Positions 27,961 through 37,938 are shown, counted from the first letter of the stretch. The stretch is 64,000 nt of DNA from Verrucomicrobiota bacterium (GCA_049517295.1 JBEKSF010000005.1:1-64000), one strand, 5' to 3'. The notes: generated by a model from the sequence alone, not told the origin. Numbers and translations are program-made.

Positions 27961-30297
27961 TCAGGGATAGAGGAGGTATTTTTCGCGCCTGGCTCTGAAT
28001 TGATCGAGGGCCGGCGTCCATAATGCCCTGATGTCGGAGAGGGGTTTGTCGTCGTTGATGGCTTGCAGGGTGGCCGGGGCGCCCAGGAGGCGGGACATGT
28101 TGGTGAGCTGGAATTGAGCCGGATACCAGCGATTGAGGATTTTGGCGGCGGCAATGCCGATATCGACGACGCGGCATTGCTCGCGATCGGTCAAAATGAT
28201 GTTGACGCCGCCGCATGATTCGTTTTTGAAGATGCTGGCCGAGGGGGTGAAACGAACTGGAACAAAACGGACGCCCGGAATGGCCTCGCGATTGAGGGCG
28301 TCGGCCAGACGACGGTCCTCGATGTAGGGAGCGCCGATGAGTTCAAATGGGGTGTCGGTGCCGCGGCCGACGGAGAGGCGGCAGGATTCGAGCAAACCCA
28401 CCCCCGGATAGAGGATGGCCTGGGTGAGGCCGCGGATGTTCGGGGAGGGATTGACCCAGGGCTGGCCGGTTTGGTCGAACCAAAGGTCGCGGTCCCAGCC
28501 TTGGAGGGGGATGACGGTCAAGTCCAAGTTGGTCAGGTGGCGCTCGGCCTGGTACATCCGGGCGAGTTCGCCGAGGGTCATGGCGTAGCGGACCGGTTCG
28601 GGATGGAAGGCGACGAAGCTGGTGTTGGCGACCAGTTCCGGGCCGTCGATCATGACGCCGTTAATGGGATTGACGCGGTCGAGGACGAAGAATTTCAAGC
28701 CGGCCTTGTTGGCGGCCTCCATAGCCAGGCCGAGGGTGGAGGTGAAGGTGTAGAAGCGGCAGCCGACGTCCTGGATATCGAAGATCAGGGCGTCAACCTG
28801 GTCCAGTTGATCGGCGGTGGGGGCGCGGCGGGCGCCGTAGAGGCTGAAAACGGGCAGGCCGGTATGCTCGTCGAGGGAGTCGGCGACCGGCTCGTCGGCC
28901 GTGCCGTAAAGGCCGTGTTCGGGGGAAAACAACATTTTGAGTTCGACATCCGGGGCGTTGCGAAGGAGGTCGATGGTGGGGTAACGCTGGAAATCTTTGC
29001 CGGTGGGATTGGTGATGAGGCCGACGCGGAGGCCCTTGAGGGGGGCGAAATTCTGTTTGACTAGAACGTCGATGCCGTTGAGCACGCGGGGCGGCGCGAG
29101 GGCGGAGGGGGCGGGAGGGGGGCCGGGTTTGCGCGGAAAGGGCGCGAGCGCGTCGGGGACGAAATTGAAATCAAAGTCGGTGACGGCCTCGGCGGCGAGC
29201 GTGCCCACCGTACGGTAAAGATGGATCACATTGCCCTTGCCGTAGGGATGGACGCGGTTGGAGAGGAAGATGAAGAAGGACTTTGAGAAAGGATCGATCC
29301 AAAATGCGTTGCCGGTGAAACCGGTGTGGCCGTAGGAGCCGAGCGGGAAATGCTCTCCGCGCGGGTGGCTGAAGCCGGTGTCGATGTCCCAGCCGAAACC
29401 GCGGCGGTGGTCCATGCCGGGCGGGGTTTGGACGGAGGTCATCATCTTGACAGTTTCGGGCTTGAAGACGCGGACGCCGTCCAGTTCGCCCAAGTTGAGC
29501 ATCATGCGGGCATAGCGGGCCATGTCGGGCGCCGTAGTGAATATGCCGGCATGTCCGGCGACGCCCCCCATGAAACGGGCCGTCGGGTCGTGGACGGTGC
29601 CGCGGAGCATGACGCCGTCGGTCATTTCGGTTGGAGCGACGCGCGGGAATTTGTCGGCGGGGGGAAGGAAGCCGGTGTCGGTCATTTTGAGCGGGCCGTA
29701 AATTTCTTTGGCGCAAAACTCGTTGAGGGGCATGCCAGAGGCCCGCGCGACGATTTCGCCGAGCAGGAAGAAATTGATGTCACTGTAGCGGAACTCGGTA
29801 CCGGGCGGGGCTTTGAGTTTTATGGCGGACGCCATGCGGATGGCGGTGTCGGTCCCCTGCCATTTGGGACGGGTGCTGACGTCTTCCGGCAGGCCGGAGG
29901 TGTGGGTGAGGAGTTGGCGCACGGTGATCTTGTCTTTGTCGCCGCCGGTGAATTCGGGGATGAAGGCGTGAACGGGATCATCAAGTTTGACCTTGCCGCG
30001 TTCGACGAGGAGCATGATGGCCGGGGTGGCGGCGAGAATCTTGGTGACCGACGCGGCATCAAAGATGGTGTCCGGGGTCATGGTTTCTTGAGCGGGGACG
30101 AGGGAGCGGTGGCCGTAGGCCTGCCAGTAGATGTTGGAGCCGTGTTCGACCCAGACGACGGCACCCGGGAGTTTGCCATCGTCGATGGCGGCGTTGATGG
30201 CGGCGTCAATCTGGCGGAGTTTGGCGGTGTCCAGCGGGGCCTGGGCGGGTGCGGACAAGGGGAGACAGAGCAACAGGGCGAGCGAAGATTTAGTCAT
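27961..30297 (-). CDS. Secreted fusion protein: N-terminal serine beta-lactamase/PBP-like hydrolase domain + C-terminal DUF1343 (NamZ-like exo-beta-N-acetylmuramidase) domain
   Basis: A signal peptide is present. The beta-lactamase-fold motifs are ASVTK (SxxK), YSD (YxN) and GHTGFTG (K/HTG). The C-terminal half has the DUF1343-like segments GLRVGLITNPTG and LFSPEHGLYG. Confidence 0.55.
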   Translation of the reverse strand: MTKSSLALLLCLPLSAPAQAPLDTAKLRQIDAAINAAIDDGKLPGAVVWVEHGSNIYWQAYGHRSLVPAQETMTPDTIFDAASVTKILAATPAIMLLVERGKVKLDDPVHAFIPEFTGGDKDKITVRQLLTHTSGLPEDVSTRPKWQGTDTAIRMASAIKLKAPPGTEFRYSDINFFLLGEIVARASGMPLNEFCAKEIYGPLKMTDTGFLPPADKFPRVAPTEMTDGVMLRGTVHDPTARFMGGVAGHAGIFTTAPDMARYARMMLNLGELDGVRVFKPETVKMMTSVQTPPGMDHRRGFGWDIDTGFSHPRGEHFPLGSYGHTGFTGNAFWIDPFSKSFFIFLSNRVHPYGKGNVIHLYRTVGTLAAEAVTDFDFNFVPDALAPFPRKPGPPPAPSALAPPRVLNGIDVLVKQNFAPLKGLRVGLITNPTGKDFQRYPTIDLLRNAPDVELKMLFSPEHGLYGTADEPVADSLDEHTGLPVFSLYGARRAPTADQLDQVDALIFDIQDVGCRFYTFTSTLGLAMEAANKAGLKFFVLDRVNPINGVMIDGPELVANTSFVAFHPEPVRYAMTLGELARMYQAERHLTNLDLTVIPLQGWDRDLWFDQTGQPWVNPSPNIRGLTQAILYPGVGLLESCRLSVGRGTDTPFELIGAPYIEDRRLADALNREAIPGVRFVPVRFTPSASIFKNESCGGVNIILTDREQCRVVDIGIAAAKILNRWYPAQFQLTNMSRLLGAPATLQAINDDKPLSDIRALWTPALDQFRARREKYLLYP

Positions 30298-30724
30298 AAT
30301 CCGCCGGGGATACTACCGAGGGTGTTGGGGCGAAAGAAGTGAAAAAAAACCCCGCCGTAATGCCGTGTATAAACAGTACCTGTGAACTTGTCGGTGCAAT
30401 TAGAGCCGAGTCGGTCACTTACGACTTCCATTCAAGGCGTGTCGGCCACGACCGAAGTTAAGGCTCCAGAATGAACGGTTTAAGGTTCAAGGACGTCGTT
30501 TCTAATCACGAACATGGCAGGGTAAAGTCAGGTTCGCTGCCAAAGAACAGTTGCGCGATGAGGCGCATTAGCTGTCAAGGATATCGGCAGGTTGCGGGAA
30601 AACTTGAAGGAAAAAAGAGGCGTTGTTTTCCCGAGCGCGGGCTGGGGAATCTCCTCCCGGCTCTTCACAGCGACAGATTAGCGGGATAGTCACTGGAAGG
30701 CCAGTGGCGCGGCCTTGTTAAAGA

Positions 30725-30750
30725 GGGGCGGCGGATGACAGACCACCGCC
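30725..30750 (-). terminator. Candidate weak intrinsic terminator after the small basic protein gene
   Basis: Minus-strand hairpin GGGCGG-n14-CCGCCC directly after the stop, followed by CTCTTTAAC. The U-tract is poor. Confidence 0.3.
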
Positions 30751-30769
30751 CGTTGATTGGCAGGAGAGA

Positions 30770-31114
30770 CTAGAGCCTGCTTTTGCCCTCGGCCTTGGCC
30801 TTTTTCCACCGTTGGCGCGCGATGGCGGCGAGCCTGGCTTTGAGGGCGGCAGAGACCTTGCGCTTCTTTTTGACGGGCTTGGAGGTCTTGCCGGAACGGA
30901 ACTGCGCCCACCTGGCCCGGGCGGCAGCGGCAATGCGCGCTCGTCCGGCGGCGGACATGCGGCGTTTTTTTCGGGGCACGGCCGCCGCCCGCGGGGCCGG
31001 CGAATCGTCACTGCCCATTATGGATTCAAGCCGGTCTTGCAAACGTTCCATCCGCTGTTTGATGGAAATGACCTTTCGCAATTGGGCCGAAGTCAGACTT
31101 TGTATGTTACTCAT
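30770..31114 (-). CDS. Small basic protein (114 aa) with N-terminal coiled-coil and C-terminal duplicated Arg/Lys/Ala-rich motif; possible nucleoid-associated or nucleic-acid-binding protein
   Basis: The internal duplication is RMSAAGRARIAAAARARWAQFRSGK versus KVSAALKARLAAIARQRWKKAKAEGK. The pI is very high. Confidence 0.5.
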   Translation of the reverse strand: MSNIQSLTSAQLRKVISIKQRMERLQDRLESIMGSDDSPAPRAAAVPRKKRRMSAAGRARIAAAARARWAQFRSGKTSKPVKKKRKVSAALKARLAAIARQRWKKAKAEGKSRL

Positions 31115-31199
31115 GGTGGACTAGTAATAAGGCACCCTAGGCGGGGAGTCAAAACGAAAAGAATGACTATTTTTCAGTGTAAGTGAGCCGCGGGACAGG

Positions 31200-32873
31200 T
31201 CAGTAAGTGCCAAGGACGACGCGGAGAGTTTGCGGAGCGGAGGAGAAGTTAAGGCCCCAGTCGGTTTCGTCGCCGTTCCAGATACGAAGGAAGTTATAGT
31301 CGTTTTGCGCGGAGTCGCCAGACTTGCTGCTTTGGGCCACGGCGACCTCATCGACTCTTAGGAAATCGCGATGGGCGCCCGAGGCGGGCTGGAAATCAAC
31401 GCGGCAATAAAGGCCGGTGACCCAGAACTGGTTTTCGGCGGTCCTGGCGACGAGAGCGCGCCCGACAGGTTGGGAATTACCCGCCGGCGCGCCGGTCCGG
31501 CTACGAGGAGCGGCGCCGTAGCTGACGAGAGCTTTCCAATTGCCAAAGTCGAGGGTTTGCAGGGACTCATCCGGCTCTTCGGCAACGGCCTGAACGCTGC
31601 CTTGGAAATTGAGGCGGGCGACTTCGCGCATGATCGGTTCGAGCATTTTGTAGTTCTGGGCGACCGGGGCGAGTGAGTCCTCGGTCAAGCGCGGCGCGCC
31701 GATCGGCTCGCTGGCATAGGCTGTGAAGTCGAGACCGAAAGGGGACCAGCCAATGGCGCCGCGCCCCAAGGCCGCGAAGCACAGGCGCGCGGCGGGACCG
31801 TTGCCGCGAGTTTCGGGGACGAACAAGGCGTTGTCGGGCCGGCCATAGAGTTCCAAGACCTTGCGATAGCGGGCGCTGTCGTTCTGATAGATGTCCGGGG
31901 CGAGCAGATCAATCGCCGGGGCGGCGGCTTTCCAAATCCAGAGAACATTGTCGGTGGCGCCGCCGCTTTCGTAGGAGTCAGCGGGGCCTGGTGTAAGGGG
32001 ATCGCGCAGGGCGGCGTTGACGTACATCGGGAGCGGGTACACGGCTTTTCCGGCGGCGGCGACCTGGCCGATGAAACGGGCGACGTGCCAGGCGTGAAAG
32101 AATTCGTCGGCGTTGGTTCCGAAAACTTCGGGCCAGTTGCCGGCGGATGGGGCGTTGGGGCCCATGGCTTTGAGCAAGTCCGGCGGGACCGGGGCATTGA
32201 ACAGTTTTTCGGCTTGGGGCGAGAAGTCACGGACGCTGCCCCAGGAGCCGGGTTCGTTTTCGACCTGGACCATGATGACGGTGTGCTGGGGGTCCGCCGA
32301 TTTGAGGTGGCGCATCAACGCGGTGAAGGCACGCGCGTCGGCCTCAAGAGCAGCGGGAGCGAGAGGGGAGGGTGAATCGACGCGGCTGCCGTTGCGGCCG
32401 ATGATGCGCGGGAATTTGTCCGGCTGGCTTTTCATCCACAGCGGCATGTAATGGGAACTTCCATTTTTCCAGGTGGCGAACCAAAGGAGCACCAGGCGGA
32501 CCTTGTGCAGGCGGGCTTGTTTGAGGAGGGTGTCAACCACGGTCGTGTCGAATTTGGCCGGCTCCGGCTCGAATTGCTCCCAATAGACGGGGATTTCGAG
32601 CGTATTGGCGTGGAGGAAGTCGATTGCCGGCCAGACTTTGGGCAGCATGGAGGGCCACGCGCTGGAGTTGTGGCACTGGGCGCCCAGGATGAGGAACGGA
32701 GCGCCATCGACGAACAAGGCGTGCCGGCCGGCATTGCCGGCGAGATAGGGGAGGGGGGGTTCGGTGGTTTGCGCCGCCGAGGCATCCGCAAACGCATCCG
32801 ACATCCAACCTACAAGAGCGGCCAAGGCGAACAAAGCAAGTTTTTTTCGATTTCCGCCGGTTTCAGTCAGCAT
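31200..32873 (-). CDS. Secreted glycoside hydrolase, GH35-like beta-galactosidase fold (DUF4978/DUF5597-type)
   Basis: Start MLTETGGNRKKLALFALAALVGWMSDAFA (signal). VYWEQFEPEP and VQVENEPGSWG resemble the GH35 acid/base region. The track ORF has a 59-codon spurious extension. Confidence 0.45.
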   Translation of the reverse strand: MLTETGGNRKKLALFALAALVGWMSDAFADASAAQTTEPPLPYLAGNAGRHALFVDGAPFLILGAQCHNSSAWPSMLPKVWPAIDFLHANTLEIPVYWEQFEPEPAKFDTTVVDTLLKQARLHKVRLVLLWFATWKNGSSHYMPLWMKSQPDKFPRIIGRNGSRVDSPSPLAPAALEADARAFTALMRHLKSADPQHTVIMVQVENEPGSWGSVRDFSPQAEKLFNAPVPPDLLKAMGPNAPSAGNWPEVFGTNADEFFHAWHVARFIGQVAAAGKAVYPLPMYVNAALRDPLTPGPADSYESGGATDNVLWIWKAAAPAIDLLAPDIYQNDSARYRKVLELYGRPDNALFVPETRGNGPAARLCFAALGRGAIGWSPFGLDFTAYASEPIGAPRLTEDSLAPVAQNYKMLEPIMREVARLNFQGSVQAVAEEPDESLQTLDFGNWKALVSYGAAPRSRTGAPAGNSQPVGRALVARTAENQFWVTGLYCRVDFQPASGAHRDFLRVDEVAVAQSSKSGDSAQNDYNFLRIWNGDETDWGLNFSSAPQTLRVVLGTY

Positions 32874-33066
32874 GGCGGTGGTAGTAGCGCGGATTGAGGC
32901 AAAAATCAAGGGAATGCAAAGAGGTGGGGATGGGGATGTGGCTGGCGGGACGCCAGCCACGAGCGACCGGGACGGTCGCGCCACCCACACAGAGGAACTG
33001 ATAGCGTGATGGAAAACGAGGGGGTTGACAGGATATGCCGAATAGAGCATATTCCTGAGTAGGTAT

Positions 33067-33435
33067 ATGAAACTGCTGCAGATTTACCGCTGTTTATGCG
33101 ATGAGACCCGGCTGCGAATTTTGCATTTGCTGACGCAAGGCCCGCTTTGTGTCTGCCATTTCCAGGAGATTTTGCGGCTGCCTCAAGTCGCGGTTTCCAA
33201 ACACCTCGCCTACCTGCGAGCCAACGGCCTGGTGACCGCCCGACGGCACGAAAAATGGATGATCTACCGGCTGCCTGACAAGGCGCCCGCGGAATTGGAT
33301 TTGCAATTGCGCTGCTTGCAGGACTGCGTGCAGTCCCATGCGATATTTCGCGAGGACTTGAAGCGGCGAAAAAAGATGCGGTGCGAGTGCGAATGGGTGG
33401 AAGAAGCGGCGCTGGCGGGCGGAAAGCAGAAATGA
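33067..33435 (+). CDS. arsR: ArsR/SmtB-family metalloregulatory transcriptional repressor
   Basis: A CVC metal-binding motif (GPLCVCHFQEIL) sits within the HTH. It is the first gene of the ars cluster. Confidence 0.75.
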   Translation: MKLLQIYRCLCDETRLRILHLLTQGPLCVCHFQEILRLPQVAVSKHLAYLRANGLVTARRHEKWMIYRLPDKAPAELDLQLRCLQDCVQSHAIFREDLKRRKKMRCECEWVEEAALAGGKQK

Positions 33436-33464
33436 CGTTTGTGAACGATTAGGAATCGCAAAAT

Positions 33465-33935
33465 ATGAGCCAATCAACCGATCAGACCGCGCATCGGTGC
33501 GCTGAACTTTTTGAACAAGGCTACTGCTGCTCGGAAAGCGTACTGCAAGCCGTGGCCGAAAGCCGGGGAATCCAATCCAAGTTGATACCGGGCATTGCCA
33601 CGGGGCTTTGCGGCGGGATCGCCCGGAGCGGCGGCATTTGCGGGGCCGTCAGCGGCGGCGTGCTTGCCATCAGCATGATCACCGGCAGATCAAGCCCCAA
33701 GGCGTCACGCGAGGAGAACCAACGGCTGGTGAGGACGTTTTTGAACCAATGTGAAGCCCAATTCAGCTCGACCAATTGCGAGCAGCTTATCGGCTGCCGC
33801 CTGGACACGCCGGAAGGCCAGCGGTTTTTCAGCGAGCATCATCTGCGGGAAAAATGCGCCGGATTTGCCCGTGAAGCCGCCCGCATGGCCGCCCGCTTGC
33901 TCGACGAATCCGATCCTTCAGTTACTCCTCATTGA
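33465..33935 (+). CDS. C_GCAxxG_C_C family redox-active protein
   Basis: The motif GYCCSESVLQ...GLCGGIARSGGICGAVSGG matches the C_GCAxxG_C_C family signature. Confidence 0.65.
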   Translation: MSQSTDQTAHRCAELFEQGYCCSESVLQAVAESRGIQSKLIPGIATGLCGGIARSGGICGAVSGGVLAISMITGRSSPKASREENQRLVRTFLNQCEAQFSSTNCEQLIGCRLDTPEGQRFFSEHHLREKCAGFAREAARMAARLLDESDPSVTPH

Positions 33936-33956
33936 GCTGGGCGGCAGCGCGGCTGG

Positions 33957-35132
33957 ATGAATGATATGAAGCCTGAAACCCCAAGGTCCGCCAGACGGCT
34001 GGCATTTTTTGACCGTTACCTGACGGTTTGGGTGTTTGTCTGCATGATCATCGGAGTGGCACTGGGGAAAGCTCTGCCAGGGATCACACTGGCTTTGAGC
34101 AAAATGGATTTCGGCCAAGGCTCGCAAGTGAACATCCCCATCGGTGTTTTGCTGTGGCTGATGATTTACCCGATGATGCTGAAAGTCGATTTTGGAGCCA
34201 TCGGCGGGATAGCGCGCAAACCCAAGGGGCTGATGGTGACGTTGATTGTCAATTGGCTTGTCAAGCCGTTCAGCATGGCGTTTTTGGCCTGGCTTTTCAT
34301 GCAACACATCTTCGCGGCGTGGATCGACCCGGAGACGGCGCGGAATTACACGGCGGGCCTCATCATTCTTGCCGCCGCTCCCTGCACGGCGATGGTGTTC
34401 GTGTGGTCGTATCTTACCGAGGGCGATCCGGCCTATACGTTGGTGCAAGTCGCGGTGAACGATCTGATCATGCTGGTGGCGTTCGCGCCGATCGTCATGT
34501 TTCTATGCGGCGTGGCGCACGTCGTGGTGCCCGCGAAAGTGCTGGTCACGTGCGTCATTGTGTTTGTCGTTATTCCGCTGGCGGCGGGTTGGCTGACGCG
34601 AACGGCCTTGCTCAAGGCGCACGGCCCGGAATGGTTCGAGCGAACATTTCTGCCGAAGTTTCACCCGGTCATGGTGGGGGCGTTGCTGCTGACACTGGTG
34701 TTGATCTTCGCCTTCCAATCGAAGAACCTGACCACCCGCTGGGTGGCCGTCCTGCTATTGGCCGTCCCCATCGTCATCCAGGTGTATTTCAATTCGGGTT
34801 TGACGTATTTGCTGATGCGGCGGCTGGGCGTGGATCATAATATCGCGTCGCCCGGCTCGCTGATTGGCGCAAGCAATTTTTTTGAGTTGGCGGTGGCGGT
34901 GGCGATAGTGCTATTCGGCGCCGACTCGCCCGCGGCCCTCGCGACAGTCGTAGGGGTTTTGGTGGAAGTGCCGGTCATGCTCTCGGTTTGCAATGTCTGC
35001 AATCAATCACGCGCCTGGTACAACCGGAAGATCACAGATGAAAAAGAAAGTCCTGTTCGTATGCGTCCACAACAGCGCCCGCAGCCAGATGGCGGAGGCA
35101 TTTCTCAACAAGATGTGCGGGAAAGAGTTTGA
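33957..35132 (+). CDS. acr3: ACR3-family arsenite efflux permease
   Basis: It has ten TM helices and a conserved Cys in AAAPCTAMV. The ORF tail overlaps arsC by ~95 nt, which is unusually long. Confidence 0.75.
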   Translation: MNDMKPETPRSARRLAFFDRYLTVWVFVCMIIGVALGKALPGITLALSKMDFGQGSQVNIPIGVLLWLMIYPMMLKVDFGAIGGIARKPKGLMVTLIVNWLVKPFSMAFLAWLFMQHIFAAWIDPETARNYTAGLIILAAAPCTAMVFVWSYLTEGDPAYTLVQVAVNDLIMLVAFAPIVMFLCGVAHVVVPAKVLVTCVIVFVVIPLAAGWLTRTALLKAHGPEWFERTFLPKFHPVMVGALLLTLVLIFAFQSKNLTTRWVAVLLLAVPIVIQVYFNSGLTYLLMRRLGVDHNIASPGSLIGASNFFELAVAVAIVLFGADSPAALATVVGVLVEVPVMLSVCNVCNQSRAWYNRKITDEKESPVRMRPQQRPQPDGGGISQQDVRERV

Positions 35133-35478
35133 GGCCCAGAGCGCGGGTCTTGAACCGGGCAGACTGAACCCGGTTGTCGTGGAGGTGATGCGCGAGATCG
35201 GCATCGACATTTCCAGCAACCGGACCAAGGCAGTCTCGGACATTTTGAAGTCCGGCCAGGTGTTTTCACACGTCATCACCGTTTGTGATGAAACGAGCGC
35301 CGGGCGCTGTCCGGTTTTCCCCGGCGGCGGAGCGCGATTGCACTGGAGCTTTGCCGATCCGTCAACTTTTGGGGGCACCGAGGCCGAGGTTCTCGAAAAG
35401 ACGCGCGGGGTGCGCGATGCCATAAAGCAAAAGGTGGAATGGTGGTGTCGTGAACAAGGGTTTCAGGCTGACTTTTAA
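35038..35478 (+). CDS. arsC: Arsenate reductase, LMW-PTP (thioredoxin-coupled) type
   Basis: Start [22 protein letters not shown] carries the CX5R P-loop. Downstream Cys residues CDETSAGRC are consistent with ArsC of the LMW-PTP family. Confidence 0.75.
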   Translation: MKKKVLFVCVHNSARSQMAEAFLNKMCGKEFEAQSAGLEPGRLNPVVVEVMREIGIDISSNRTKAVSDILKSGQVFSHVITVCDETSAGRCPVFPGGGARLHWSFADPSTFGGTEAEVLEKTRGVRDAIKQKVEWWCREQGFQADF

Positions 35479-35796
35479 TGTTGTATTCATCGGATTTCCG
35501 TCGTTGCCATTATGCCACAGCAAGGCTGATGCCGCGTCAGATGGGGTAAACACCCCATAGCGCGCGCGCAAGTTGTCCACGATAATTGCGGTCAGTTCTG
35601 TTGGTGCGGAGTTAACCTTGTTGTGGGATTATTGGCCGGTTAACTCGTGACCACGTACGGTGGAGTTGGCTCTCCCGCCTAGGGATTGGTTAGTGGGGTA
35701 ACGGGATAGTTCGCAGCCCGGTCAGGCTCCTGTCTGACCGGGCGCGGACTGGGGGCAGAGATTGGGAGGGCAGGGTGAGTTGATTGACTTTTGATT

Positions 35797-37755
35797 TCAA
35801 CGTTGGACCTTTGGCTCCACCCAGATTGCCCAGGAGTTGAAGTTGTGTCCTTCGCCTCCAGCGGTGAGAAGTTCAAGTTCCGTGACGCGCGAAATGTCCA
35901 CTTTCACGTCCGCTTGCTCGCCAACCCGCAGCGTGCGGGAGCGATATAGCTCCCGGCCATCGCCCTGCACTGTAAAAACCGCCGAACCTTGGATGTGGGC
36001 GCCATCGCGCAGGCCAATAGTGGCCGTGAAGGTCTTCCATTTGCCAGCCAGGGGAAAAACATACCGCGCGGAGGAATGCGCATAGAGTCCTTTGTCGTAG
36101 AACCGCCCGCCGAGCATTAGAAAGACGCCGTCCTGAATGTGCTCGTCGAACCAGTAATGATTGCGCGCGACCTGTCCCCAGCCGACTTGTGCGTCGGTCC
36201 ACGCCGCATCGGACAGAAAAGCGCTGTCGCCCTGGACGCTGGCGAGATCGAACGGGACAGGCGGATCGAGCACGGAGCGCAGCAGTCGAAGTTTGCGCGC
36301 GGCCTCCGGTGTGGGTGAGGCGGCAAGAGACTCGTCGTTTACGAATTGTGGCGCTTCCGGCTGATGGCGCATCACCGCCATTTCCGCGCGATCAACGATC
36401 CATTGCTCATTCAAGGCGGCGGCATCGGGCGCGGATGAGGCATCGTAACGGAGGTGAAATTCCTGCGCGAACGAGGCTCCGTTGACGTGCAGCCTGGCCA
36501 GCTTGAGATGCCAGTGGTCCCAGCTTTCCGGACGCAACCCGTCCATGTCGAGGTTTGCTGAGCCGTCTTTGTGGACGCGCCATTCACCCGGACGCAGTCC
36601 GTCCACATCGAGGGTGAAGGCGCCGTCTTTGAGGACGCACGGAAAGGTGCGCGACCAATGATCGTCGATCTTATCGCTGTCCGGCCAGAGGTAGGCGATG
36701 ACCGCATAAGGCGGAATGGCGCCCGTGACCACGCCCTGAATTCTCAGTAAGCCGTTCGTCGCGGAGAACTTAAGGGACTTGAAACTGCTGTCCGCAGCAT
36801 CCCATCGTCCGCGGTCCGAGCGGGTAAAGAGCGGGCTGGACGCGAGTTGAAGCGCCGAGGCGCGGGCAAGAAATGCCGGCGCCCCTCCGCGCCACAAGTC
36901 CTGGCGATAGGTGAGATTGCCTCCGCTCATCAGCGAAACGCCGAACGACTGTTCAAAGGCGCTGCCGTCATCGTGCGGGAGTCCGAGAGCGTGGCCCAGT
37001 TCATGGGCGGTGCCCCCAAGATACATGGTATTGAACCTGGCCACCGTTGTCTCGGCGCGCGGGTAGTAGTGCTCGGAAAAAACCATCGGCTGGTTCGTCT
37101 CTGTCAGAAGGAGGGGATCAAGCAGTTCGCAATCGGCCGCATGACACAGTCCGCCGCGCTCAGAACCGCCGCCGTAATACGGGGCGCTGAACACATAGCG
37201 CCCGTCACTCTCCTTGCGGCACAGGGCATAAAACACCATCAGATGCTCACGCTCGATGTCCATTGTGTCTTTGAGGGCAGCGCGAATTTCAGCGGCAGTG
37301 ACATCACCGGTTTCGTAATTGTATTTGGCCGCGGGCAACTGTCCCTGGACAAGATGCACGACGAGTCTGCCATCCTTGCGTTCAAGCGGCAGGCCGGACG
37401 TCTCAATTCCGAAGCGTCGCAGACCATCGCGATAGAAGTCGCTGACGTCGTTCATGACCCGGTCCAGCCGTTCGGCGTAGTAGGGGAGCGGGTTGCCGTC
37501 CTGAGGGACGAAATAAACGACCCGCAACGGGTGATTTGTGCGCGGCTGACCGGCATGGTAGGCGGCGATCATCGGTTCCGCCTCCAGCAACATGGCCCGG
37601 CCCGCCGGATCGTCACCATCAACACCATAAGCCGGCGGCGAAGCGACGATGTTGGAAGGTGGATTCGTGGATGCCGTCGTGCCTTGGCCGGCGGCCTGAT
37701 GAACGCCCGCCAGCAACCCCGTCGCGATGACCAAATAATGAAGTTTGCTATGCAT
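35797..37755 (-). CDS. Secreted metzincin-like zinc metallopeptidase with C-terminal NPCBM-like carbohydrate-binding domain
   Basis: Start MHSKLHYLVIATGLLAGVHQAAG (signal). The zinc motif is HELGHALGLPHD. The C-terminal ~140 aa (DAQVGWGQVARNHYWFDE...NSWAIWVEPKV) resemble the NPCBM/GH98-associated CBM. Confidence 0.6.
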   Translation of the reverse strand: MHSKLHYLVIATGLLAGVHQAAGQGTTASTNPPSNIVASPPAYGVDGDDPAGRAMLLEAEPMIAAYHAGQPRTNHPLRVVYFVPQDGNPLPYYAERLDRVMNDVSDFYRDGLRRFGIETSGLPLERKDGRLVVHLVQGQLPAAKYNYETGDVTAAEIRAALKDTMDIEREHLMVFYALCRKESDGRYVFSAPYYGGGSERGGLCHAADCELLDPLLLTETNQPMVFSEHYYPRAETTVARFNTMYLGGTAHELGHALGLPHDDGSAFEQSFGVSLMSGGNLTYRQDLWRGGAPAFLARASALQLASSPLFTRSDRGRWDAADSSFKSLKFSATNGLLRIQGVVTGAIPPYAVIAYLWPDSDKIDDHWSRTFPCVLKDGAFTLDVDGLRPGEWRVHKDGSANLDMDGLRPESWDHWHLKLARLHVNGASFAQEFHLRYDASSAPDAAALNEQWIVDRAEMAVMRHQPEAPQFVNDESLAASPTPEAARKLRLLRSVLDPPVPFDLASVQGDSAFLSDAAWTDAQVGWGQVARNHYWFDEHIQDGVFLMLGGRFYDKGLYAHSSARYVFPLAGKWKTFTATIGLRDGAHIQGSAVFTVQGDGRELYRSRTLRVGEQADVKVDISRVTELELLTAGGEGHNFNSWAIWVEPKVQR

Positions 37756-37938
37756 AAGGTTTTCTCGATCCAGATTGCCATCTGGCGGAGAGCAATCAGA
37801 TGTTGGTTGTGTAACACTCGTGCGGCTTAATTGCAACGCGGGAAGTGCATTTGCCGCTCGTAAAATGAAGAGAGCCAGAGATCTCAAGGAATGGATTTCA
37901 GGCGCAGACGATTCAGTTGGTGTTTGTCCAATCCTTGA

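Noticed and set aside
30298-30769. Known structured RNAs (RNase P RNA, tmRNA, SRP RNA) in the long intergenic region
   Set aside because: I could not find the conserved RNase P (GGAAAGTCCGGGCTCC-like), tmRNA (tag ORF / GGGG...ACCA ends) or SRP (domain IV GGAA tetraloop context) signatures. It is kept only as a generic sRNA candidate in the findings.
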